NCBI GenBank assembly: GCA_963845665.1 | Contig: CAWJTA010000002.1 | Span: 2,211,388-2,275,387 of the forward strand | Length of the DNA: 64,000 nucleotides | Source: an uncultured Verrucomicrobiae bacterium | GTDB lineage: Bacteria; Verrucomicrobiota; Verrucomicrobiia; Limisphaerales; UBA11358 | Direction of reading: 5' to 3' | Part shown: positions 51,649-59,829 of the stretch, one piece after another | How positions within the stretch are numbered: the first letter of the stretch is position 1 | How the letters are laid out: each line of letters starts with the position of its first letter | The notes under the pieces: model-generated | The model's database searches: none | Seen by the model: the letters and a program-made list of their open reading frames with translations, nothing else | Told to the model about the DNA's origin: nothing | Program-made: the position numbers and the translations under genes

Positions 51649-51799
51649 GATTTCGCCCAAAGACGCGAAGGGTGCCCGGTGCGAACCGGTCCCAATCGTG
51701 GATGTCGAAGTCAGAAAACCGTCAGTGAAACTTCTTGTTTCCTCGTCATTGGGGGTTGAAGGTAACTTGTCACAGCAGGCTTAGGTCCGAATTTTCGAG

Positions 51800-51945
51800 G
51801 GGGTTCAACGATTTCGATTTTGAAATCGTGCATCCCCAGCCTTGAACCGAAGGTGGCAGGGACTGCGCCCAGCGCTGTCACCGCCCGTTAAGCGGGACAG
51901 TTCGCACGTACTCGTCCGATGATCGACGGTCCATGGAAAGAGCCG
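51800..51945. repeat. ~140-nt dispersed element, second copy
   Basis: Colinear with 12775-12915. Confidence 0.75.
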
Positions 51946-51979
51946 AGCCTGTCAGTCAATCAGACAAATAAGAGAGACC

Positions 51980-52869
51980 ATGAGCATCAACATGACAGGA
52001 GCCGGCGTTTCATCTGGTTCTGGCCTGGCGCTGCATCCGATTACTCTCATCAACCCGAAGAGTGGCGGCTTTAAGATTTCTTATTCGGGCCATATGCCGC
52101 ATGGGTGCGGATTATCGATTGGGCTGCCCGATGCGACGAATGCCATGGATGTTTCAGCGCGCTGCCACCACCACAATCTGCTCGATGCGACCAATCTGCA
52201 TCAGTTCCTGGAGCGGATCGGGAACAGGAACTGGTGGGGTACACACGGCCGGGCCAGTTGTTGGTGACACAGAACCGGGCCGTGATTGCGGGGTCAAATA
52301 CCGTGGATTTTGATTGTCCGATTAAACCGCTGGTCTGTCGTCCCCGATTGACTCAGCCGAACCTCGGGTTGAGCCAAAATGAATTGGTTGGCTTGTATTA
52401 CGCCGCGGATGACAACCATGGTAACGGTGGACGTTTTCTCCATATCCCCGCGATTGACGGCTGTTACTATTTCCTGAACGGGGACAACGGAAAGTTCGAG
52501 ACGGACAATTCTAAACGCGGGCTGGTCTGCACTTCATACATTGGCGCAGTCTGGGGGCTGGCGGCGACCCGTGATGGTCCGATGACCTGGTCGGGCGAGG
52601 ATATTGCCTCAGCGTCAGGTGAACCGTTCTATTGCAAAGATGTGGGAATGAACGGGAAAAATGTGAAAGAAGTCAAAGCGTTCCTTCACGCGCATCGGTT
52701 TGAGACTTACCTGGTGGGTTCATCTGGTCACATCGTACTGGTAGTCAAAGGGGTCGTGCATGATTTTACCACGACGCCCCGCCGGGGATATAATATGCGG
52801 GCTGTGCACGCGTGGCACCCGAGTACCCGCCACACTTGGACAATTGGCAAACCGAAAATACAGTTTTAG
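51980..52869 (+). CDS. Orphan hypothetical protein, possibly one gene split by a -1 frameshift near 52228-52236. It has a Cys/His motif reminiscent of papain-fold (NlpC/P60 or CHAP-like) hydrolases.
   Basis: ORF 51980 (MSINMTGAGV..LHQFLERIGNRN) reads on naturally into frame 52105 (LVGYTRPGQLLVTQNRAVIAG..). The motifs are GLVCTSYIGAVWG and SSGHIVLVVKGVVHDF. There is no signal peptide and no recognised homolog. Confidence 0.35.
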
Positions 52870-52974
52870 TGCTTATGCACGACCAGGGAAACTGAACGAG
52901 GATGTACAAAGCCAGGATACCGGACTCATTGGCTAATATCCATCGTCGCTCCGCAACAAAGAAGGACGACACTA

Positions 52975-55317
52975 TCAATTATTAAATTCAAACGCATCCA
53001 ACGCCGGCAACGCGTGGCCCTCAAAATCAAATAGCGTTGTATTATCCACAACATTCGCCTGGCCCAATTCCCATCCTTCGCCAGGCACACAAATAAATAT
53101 CGGGTCCCAATACAAGTCACCGAGGCACTCGCCGGAATTAACCAGTTTGATGGCGTTAAAACAGTTGAGCATGAACTCTTTCTGTCCGAGCTGTGTGCTC
53201 GGAAATGGCTCGGGGCCGTCATTGCTCAATTGGCCGGGGTAACCGTCGCACAGGTTCGTGCTCCAGTTATAGCCGGTTTCCATGACCAGGACCGGTTTAT
53301 TGTAGGTGGAATAGATGGTGTCGATTTGGTCCCGCGCCTGTTCTGCGGTCAAACTAGTCCAAAACGGATAGTATGAGCAACCGGTAATGTCCCACGGAAC
53401 GCCATCGGTGCGCGCCTGGTTCAGAAAATAAGTCACGGTGCCGGCGCTCACGGTGTTCATGTGCAGAATAACTTGCGTGGACGGAGAAATGGCTTTGACT
53501 CCGGCATACCCAATCTTGAGAAGTTGGGACAGTTGCGGCCAATTGGTTGTGCTGCCGAAGGGGAGCAAAACGCCACTGGTATTGATTTCGTTGCCTAGCG
53601 AAACGTATTGGGGCGTTGTGCCCTGGGCCTGCATCTCTGACATGAAATTGGTTGTGAAGTTATAGACGTCGTTCGTGAGTTGGGCAAAGGAATCGTTCGT
53701 CCATGCCCGGGGGACGTTGTTGGCCCAGCCGTCGGCGTAATAAAACGTCAGTTCGATTTCCAGGCCCAGCGCCTGTGCCTGGCGCGCCAGGTCCAGAATA
53801 TTTGTCGGACTCTGAATACCCACCGGCAAATCGCTGTTGGCGGGACTGGGATTGTTGTACAAACGCAAGCGGACAATGTTGCATCCGTGATTCTTCAAAA
53901 TTTGCAGGCACGGCGTGGCTAGACCATTGGTTTCGTAATACACGCCGCCGCCCTGTTCCACGTAGGTCAATTCGGAAACATCACCGCCTTTCAAAAGGTG
54001 ATAGGGCACATCGTCCTTGATCAGTTGGACCTGGTCTGCCTGGCACCAATCGCCGCCGTTCCCGTCGCTCGAGTTGACCGACACCAGGCATTGGCCGTTG
54101 GTCACATTGATTCCTCGTACAATGATATTGGTCCATTCGGCGGAGATCGGAAGGCTCGTCATGCTGCCGTTTCCGCTGAGGTAACACGCATTCTGTCCGC
54201 CGCTGTTTTTGACCATGGCGGTGAGCTTGTAATAGCCGTTGGGCAAATCGGTGACAAGTTGGGACGTCTGAGCCTGATAGGGCGACGAATTGCTTTGGAG
54301 CAGGGAGTACGAACCGGAAAAGGCGCCGCCGGCGACGAGCGATACCGCTGAGACGGTGCCCGAAGTAATCCAGTACGCTGCCAAATTGTTCGACTCAAAA
54401 TCTCCGTCCTGCAATGCGCTCATGGGAAAGGCCGCAAGTCGGTAGAATGTGCTCGCGGAATTTACGGGCACGGTCAGTGATGTCTGCCCGGAAGTGACGA
54501 AACTATTCTGCCACGTTCCATCCACGGAATTGCTTGCGCTTTGAAGGCAGACATTCAGGGCGCCGGGCCATGAAAGCGTCACTTCGCCGTTAGACACGGA
54601 ACGGACCGATAGACTGCAGGTGCTTGAGCCGGTAATTGTGAAATTATCGAAATTGAACGTTCCGCCACTTCCCGTGTGAACGAAAACCAATCCGGCACCG
54701 GTGATATTGCCGGCCAGATTGCTCGAAATCAGCGTGCCGATGACCGCGTGGGTTCCGGTGCCATTGCCGCTGACGGTCAACGAATCCCACTGCGATGCGT
54801 TCGGGTTAAAGGCCAGGGAATAAGTTGCGAATGGGCCCGTGGACGATGGAACGGGCAGGGGACTCGCCGAAACAAACCAATTGCCGCCATTGATTTGCAC
54901 GGCGAACCTCGCGGTGATATTGGCAGGGTTCTGAGACGGTTGAATATCGACCGATAGAGTGATTCCGGAATAAAGAGCAGGGTTAATGGCGGGGAATGCC
55001 GCTCCGCCCGTTTGTGTCAGGGCGATGGAAGTATAAAAAGCCGTCGTAGCGGCCGCCGCTTCGTAAGCGTACACCGCGCCATCACCGCCGGTCGCCTGAT
55101 AGAGGCGATCTGGGCCATCCGGAATATCATTGGCCCAGCTGACGGAGTTGACCGGCAGATCCCCGCTTATAGCGCCATACGGAAATGTCTCACGATACAG
55201 CACAACGTTTTGGGCGGAGCAGAGGCTGAAGATGCAGGATAGGAGGTAAAAAGTGGAAGATAGCAGGTAGAAGATGGAAGATGGAATGAACCGTCGCGTC
55301 GCCGTGGAGTGCGGCAT
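52975..55317 (-). CDS. Multi-domain GH53 endo-beta-1,4-galactanase: N2 module, FYRL module, CBM4/9-like module and GH53 catalytic domain
   Basis: The signal peptide follows the ATG at 55317. GH53 motifs are CNIVRLRLYNNP, FYYADGWAN, YVSLGNEIN, GCSYYPFW and VLVMETGYNW. Residues upstream of 55317 in the track ORF translate a REP element. Confidence 0.87.
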   Translation of the reverse strand: MPHSTATRRFIPSSIFYLLSSTFYLLSCIFSLCSAQNVVLYRETFPYGAISGDLPVNSVSWANDIPDGPDRLYQATGGDGAVYAYEAAAATTAFYTSIALTQTGGAAFPAINPALYSGITLSVDIQPSQNPANITARFAVQINGGNWFVSASPLPVPSSTGPFATYSLAFNPNASQWDSLTVSGNGTGTHAVIGTLISSNLAGNITGAGLVFVHTGSGGTFNFDNFTITGSSTCSLSVRSVSNGEVTLSWPGALNVCLQSASNSVDGTWQNSFVTSGQTSLTVPVNSASTFYRLAAFPMSALQDGDFESNNLAAYWITSGTVSAVSLVAGGAFSGSYSLLQSNSSPYQAQTSQLVTDLPNGYYKLTAMVKNSGGQNACYLSGNGSMTSLPISAEWTNIIVRGINVTNGQCLVSVNSSDGNGGDWCQADQVQLIKDDVPYHLLKGGDVSELTYVEQGGGVYYETNGLATPCLQILKNHGCNIVRLRLYNNPSPANSDLPVGIQSPTNILDLARQAQALGLEIELTFYYADGWANNVPRAWTNDSFAQLTNDVYNFTTNFMSEMQAQGTTPQYVSLGNEINTSGVLLPFGSTTNWPQLSQLLKIGYAGVKAISPSTQVILHMNTVSAGTVTYFLNQARTDGVPWDITGCSYYPFWTSLTAEQARDQIDTIYSTYNKPVLVMETGYNWSTNLCDGYPGQLSNDGPEPFPSTQLGQKEFMLNCFNAIKLVNSGECLGDLYWDPIFICVPGEGWELGQANVVDNTTLFDFEGHALPALDAFEFNN

Positions 55318-55325
55318 TGTAGCGC

Positions 55326-55430
55326 GGGTTTCCAAACCTGCTGTATCGCCGATTTCCAAATTGGCAGATCGCGCGACTTTGTGCGACCGGCAGGTTTGGA
55401 AACCTGCGATACAGCAGACTTGGAAGTCTG
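55326..55430. repeat. REP-like element with nested inverted repeats
   Basis: ggtttccaaacctgc (55327-55341) pairs with gcaggtttggaaacc (55390-55404). A terminal palindrome cagacttggaagtctg lies at 55414-55430. Confidence 0.8.
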
Positions 55431-55432
55431 CG

Positions 55433-56746
55433 CTACCGTTCATGCGATTTGGACGATTGAGTTGAATTGGCGGTCAAATTAAGCGGGCCGGCAAGTTGTC
55501 CCAATTTGTCCGCAACCGGCAACAGATTGCCATTTTCATCAAAGAATGATCGTGTTCCCACGCCTGCTTCATTGGCGTTTGGCCATTCGTATTCCGCGCC
55601 CCACCAGAATATCCCGGCGCCCAAATTATTCGGAGCGCTTTTCATGATGCGACCGAGCAGGCTGACAAATTGGACCTGTCCGTCGGTCGAGGCCGGGAGA
55701 TTAAAAATATTCGTGGAATAAATTCGTGGCAAATCGGTTTCGGCAATGATCATCGGCCGCCCATATCGTTGCACGGCATTGGTGACGCAGGCGATCAGAT
55801 TGGCGGGCGGGCCGTGGTAGAAAGGATAATAACTTTCTCCGATGATATCGTAAGGAACCCCCTGGCGATTTAAATGGTCAAAGAACCATTTGGTGGCATT
55901 CCAATCGCCGCCGCGGTCGATATGAACAACGATTTTTGGCATGTTCGGGCCGGCCGCATCCTTGATTCCCTGGATTGCCGACTTCATCAACTGGCCGAAC
56001 CGTGACCACTCTTTGTCGGGATTCCAGCCTGACAGCCGGCCATAAGGCCACATCATGCCTGCGGTGATTTCGTTGCCCACCTGTACGTAGTCGGGCATCG
56101 CGCCAGCCGCCATAAACGCGGCAATGCAATTACTGTTATAATCGCGCATTTGGCTGACTAACTGCGGAAAGGTGAGATTGGTCCATGTGCAAGGGGCGGC
56201 CTGGTGGCCCGGGTCGGCCCAGGTATCGGAATAGTGGAAATCGATCATCAATTGCATCCCGGCGTTTTTTACGCGCACAGCTAGAGGCACCGTATATGTG
56301 AGATTGTTGATGTAGTCATACGGATCGGCCTGGGCTTCTTCCGGGCTGCTGGTGAACAGCCGCAGACGAACGCAATTGATGCCGTGTTTTTTCAGGATGC
56401 CTATCGCGTCGCCCGGCTGGCCATGGTCTTTATAGACGATACCGTTGGTTTCGAAATAGGCCAGAAGGGACAGGTCCGCGCCGGCGATAAAATGAGTTTG
56501 CGCGAGCGCCGTTCCGCTAAAAAGCGCCATGCCCGCGGCGAGCAATAGAGAAGTAAGGAGTGATGGGCAGGGACGGCGCGCTGCGCCGTCAGCGCCGCGT
56601 CCAGCGGCGCAATGCTCGGAGTCGGACGTAATACTGCGGATCGTTCCGCCCGCTTTACGGGTGGGGACGGCGGTGGCGGCGCCACTGGACATGCGCGCCG
56701 TCCCTACCTGCTCCAAAAACGATCGAATGCGGATTGCTATCTTCAC
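55433..56746 (-). CDS. GH53 arabinogalactan endo-beta-1,4-galactanase. The true start is probably near 56530-56560.
   Basis: Motifs are GADLSLLAYFETNGIVYKD, GINCVRLRLF, IDFHYSDTWADPGHQ, VQVGNEI, GESYYPFYHG and IIAETD. The first ~65 codons of the track ORF translate the REP pair at 56566-56710. Confidence 0.87.
   Translation of the reverse strand: MKIAIRIRSFLEQVGTARMSSGAATAVPTRKAGGTIRSITSDSEHCAAGRGADGAARRPCPSLLTSLLLAAGMALFSGTALAQTHFIAGADLSLLAYFETNGIVYKDHGQPGDAIGILKKHGINCVRLRLFTSSPEEAQADPYDYINNLTYTVPLAVRVKNAGMQLMIDFHYSDTWADPGHQAAPCTWTNLTFPQLVSQMRDYNSNCIAAFMAAGAMPDYVQVGNEITAGMMWPYGRLSGWNPDKEWSRFGQLMKSAIQGIKDAAGPNMPKIVVHIDRGGDWNATKWFFDHLNRQGVPYDIIGESYYPFYHGPPANLIACVTNAVQRYGRPMIIAETDLPRIYSTNIFNLPASTDGQVQFVSLLGRIMKSAPNNLGAGIFWWGAEYEWPNANEAGVGTRSFFDENGNLLPVADKLGQLAGPLNLTANSTQSSKSHER
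56566..56710. repeat. Inverted pair of GTAGGGACGGCGCG-family elements
   Basis: The pair runs from gggcagggacggcgcgctgcgccgtc.. to ..gacatgcgcgccgtccctacc. Confidence 0.8.
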
Positions 56747-56763
56747 CGGTCACTTCATCCCTA

Positions 56764-59463
56764 TCAAGGCGTCTTCAGACGGAAGAACCGTTGCGGGCCG
56801 GTCGTCGGTACCGGCTGCGAATAGAGGCCGTAAGTGCTGGGCCAATTTTGCCAGCCCGTGCCCTTGTTGAGGTTAGTCGAAAATTGCAGGTCGACAGCCG
56901 GATTGCCAACCCATGTCAAATTCACGGAACCGCCCGACAATGGGCCTTCATTGACGTAGCCCGGTCCGGTCCCGGTAACTGTGAAGTTGGCGAAGTCAAA
57001 CGTGCCACCACTGCCTACTGTGACAAAGGCGATGCCGGCCGCAGTTATGACGCCGCCCAGCTTGCTGGTGGCAGGCGAACCGATGAGGCCGCCGCTGCTG
57101 GTGACTACGAGGTTTTTCCAGTTCGCGGCCGCCGTGCTAAATGGAATCGTATAGGTTGAAAATGTGGAGCTGTCCACGCTCGTCGGCACCGGAATCGGGG
57201 TGGCCATGACGTATCCGTTACTGTTGTCGATTTGAATGGCCAGATAAGCCGTCACGTTGCTGGATTGGTAGTCTGGCGCGATATCCACTGAAAAAGTCAA
57301 ATTGGGATAATTCACGTTGATGTTGGGGAACGGCAAGCCAGCCTGGTTGGTGTCAGTGCTCGAGCTGGCATAATAGACGGCTGTGCTTGGGCTGCCCGAA
57401 TAAGCGAAGACAGCTCCCTGGCTTGAATTTGCATTTACTTGATACAGCGCATTCGGCGCGTTGGGAACCGCCTCCGTCCACCCAACGCTGCTGATGGGGT
57501 AATTGCCCGCAACCGGGCCAACGAACGGAAATTCCTCCGAATAGATGAAACCGACTTGCTCATTCGTCACGGTCAACTGTGCCGCAGGATAGGTGCTGTC
57601 GCTTTCATCGAAGCCGGCGGCATTGGTCACATAAGCAACGACGCTTATGCCGTTGTCACCCGCGTTGAGATTGGCCAGGGTCAAGGTGGCAGTGTTGGCG
57701 CCAAATACGCCGGGGCCGTTTTGGACCTGGATACCGTTGGTCTTCCAATAATAACCAAAGGGCGGTGTTCCCGACGCTGTGGCTACACCGAAACTGGCGC
57801 CGCCGCCAGAAGGCACTGCGACGCTGAGCGGAATATTGACCCCAATCACAGGCGCCTGGCCGACCGCCGAGTTGGTGATAATTTCGAAATCCTGGAAGTT
57901 CATATCTGAACCGCTGCCATCATTGTGCGCAACGATGAGGCCCGCGCCGGTGATGTCGCCGGTCAGCGGACCTGAGGCTGGAGCTCCGATAATGGCGCTG
58001 GTGCCGGTAAAGGTGAGGGTATTCCAGTTTGCCGCTGCGGGGTTAAATCCGTAATTGTAGGTTTGATATGGGCTCAGGGCCGCAAGGTCTATCGATTGGG
58101 GCTTTGCGGAGCAATACCACGTTCCGCTCATGTCCACGGCCCAATAGACCGAGACAGCGCCGGAAACCTGGCCAGCGGCGTTGCCCGGCACAAAGCCTGC
58201 CTGGAATGTGATGGCTGGATAATTTGCCGGGTTAATATCCAGGAATGGCAATCCCGAATAACCAATATCATTGGTGTCGGTTGTATAATAGGCATTGGTT
58301 ACGGCTGAGCCTGAATAGTCAAAGCAGTCGCCGAGACCGGGGCCCGCCTGGTAAATTCCGAAGGACCCGGAGGCTGAAGTGAGCCATCCCACGCCGGTGA
58401 TGGAAATATTCCCATTGGGGCCTACGTACGGAAAATCTTCAGCATACAAAACGCCGGCCGGAACCGCGCTGACATTCAAACTTAAGTTTGCATTGGTGGC
58501 GCTACCGCCCGCGTTCGTGACGATTACCGAATAAGTCGCCGAGGCATCGGACATGGTGAGATTGGAGATGGTCAGTTCATTGGCGCCGGCCCCGATAAAG
58601 CGTGGATCGCTTCCGATGGGCACGCCGTTGGTTTCCCAAATATAGGTGAGAGGCGGAGTCCCGGCAGCTTCAACGAGAAACGAAGCTCCGCCGGTGACAA
58701 ACGAATATTGCGGAGTGATTGCGGGCGCGGTAATGGACGCGGGTATGATCGTTGAATTTCCGGGAGTAACTGCGGTAATAGTCAGTTTATTATAATCGGC
58801 GCCGTTGGCCGTGGGCAGTTCAACGATACCGATGCCGGTGATGGGCGAGGTTAAATTGGGTGTCGCGACCGCGCCGATAGATACGCTGGTGGAACTGAGA
58901 GCTAATTGCTGCCACACATTGGCTGAATTCGTATAAATCAGCGTCACATTGGTGAATTGATAATACGAGAGTAACGTGTTATACGGCAGCGGGAAGGACG
59001 TGGCCGCATACCATGAGCCGCCCACCTGGACGGCAAAATAGTTTGTATCACCGGCGTTGGCGTCGGTGATCTCCACATTGAGGGCTAAATTGGTGTAATG
59101 CGACGGGTTGATATCGGTGAAGGACGAATCGCCGCCGGAGCCGCCGCCTGAAGCGTCGGTCGTGTAGAACATTCCTGGCGCCGTCTGGTTGGGACGCAAT
59201 ACGGTGAAATAAACCGTGTTGATAGGCAACGCGATCCCGTTTGTCGGGTCATTCGCGCCAGTGTTCTGGTAAATGCCCAGGTAAGGCCCTGCCGTTTGTG
59301 ATACGGCGATACCGGTCCAGCCCACAGTACCGATGTTGCCGTTACCCGTGACGGAACTGGTTCCATTGGTTGAGCCCCAATCTTCAATATAAACGTATTG
59401 CGTGCCCGCCAGCATGGTAAATGTGGCGCCGAAAAAAACGGCCAGCGATAATAGTTTTTTCAT
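56764..59463 (-). CDS. Large secreted scaffold-like protein C: three copies of the ~195-aa N2 module separated by two Ig-like domains, and a C-terminal FFRLK module
   Basis: Signal peptide MKKLLSLAVFFGATFTMLAG. N2 copies are at aa 23-229, 338-528 and 638-829 (LYAEDFPYVGPNGNISITGVGW.. / IYSEEFPFVGPVAGNYPISSVGW.. ..GSGGTFDFANFTV). An I-set-like Ig segment is TPPLTYIWETNG..ELTISNLTMSDASATYSVIVTNAGGS. It ends QRFFRLKTP. Confidence 0.87.
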   Translation of the reverse strand: MKKLLSLAVFFGATFTMLAGTQYVYIEDWGSTNGTSSVTGNGNIGTVGWTGIAVSQTAGPYLGIYQNTGANDPTNGIALPINTVYFTVLRPNQTAPGMFYTTDASGGGSGGDSSFTDINPSHYTNLALNVEITDANAGDTNYFAVQVGGSWYAATSFPLPYNTLLSYYQFTNVTLIYTNSANVWQQLALSSTSVSIGAVATPNLTSPITGIGIVELPTANGADYNKLTITAVTPGNSTIIPASITAPAITPQYSFVTGGASFLVEAAGTPPLTYIWETNGVPIGSDPRFIGAGANELTISNLTMSDASATYSVIVTNAGGSATNANLSLNVSAVPAGVLYAEDFPYVGPNGNISITGVGWLTSASGSFGIYQAGPGLGDCFDYSGSAVTNAYYTTDTNDIGYSGLPFLDINPANYPAITFQAGFVPGNAAGQVSGAVSVYWAVDMSGTWYCSAKPQSIDLAALSPYQTYNYGFNPAAANWNTLTFTGTSAIIGAPASGPLTGDITGAGLIVAHNDGSGSDMNFQDFEIITNSAVGQAPVIGVNIPLSVAVPSGGGASFGVATASGTPPFGYYWKTNGIQVQNGPGVFGANTATLTLANLNAGDNGISVVAYVTNAAGFDESDSTYPAAQLTVTNEQVGFIYSEEFPFVGPVAGNYPISSVGWTEAVPNAPNALYQVNANSSQGAVFAYSGSPSTAVYYASSSTDTNQAGLPFPNINVNYPNLTFSVDIAPDYQSSNVTAYLAIQIDNSNGYVMATPIPVPTSVDSSTFSTYTIPFSTAAANWKNLVVTSSGGLIGSPATSKLGGVITAAGIAFVTVGSGGTFDFANFTVTGTGPGYVNEGPLSGGSVNLTWVGNPAVDLQFSTNLNKGTGWQNWPSTYGLYSQPVPTTGPQRFFRLKTP

Positions 59464-59546
59464 ATGTGAGCCTGTGTTTGGTCGGATCTGATTGTTTATC
59501 TAATTGTCAAAGAGGATGAACCTGAAAAAGTCTCGTTTGGTCGCTT

Positions 59547-59677
59547 GCGTCCTGGAGTGCGGTGGCAAGCGAAGCGCGGCACCGCTTTCGAACGGCGACT
59601 ATTTTGGGGAGTGGGCTGGTCTTTCGAACGTCATTTGATTTTCCAAAAGCGGTGTCACGGCCACCGCACTCCAGGAC
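59547..59677. repeat. MITE/REP-like element with perfect 18-nt terminal inverted repeats
   Basis: gtcctggagtgcggtggc (59549-59566) pairs with gccaccgcactccaggac (59660-59677). The left arm belongs to the family seen at 25237-25282. Confidence 0.85.
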
Positions 59678-59829
59678 CTTGCGGCGGTTCAAACGGTTTA
59701 TGGAGAATCTCAAGGATCCCGAAATTGCGCATTCGATCTGCGAACGTTGCGCCGTTGAACGGCGCTGACGGCGTAGCGCGCCGTCCCTACCACTGGTCAT
59801 CGAGAGCGACAACAAATTCATCGGGTTTT

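Noticed and set aside
55318-55443. N-terminal extensions of the two GH53 ORFs (55318-55443 and about 56531-56746), including the apparent 11-nt overlap of the two genes.
   Set aside because: Both extensions are translations of REP-like inverted repeats (55326-55430 and 56566-56710). A proper signal peptide follows the ATG at 55317. The exact start of the upstream GH53 remains uncertain.
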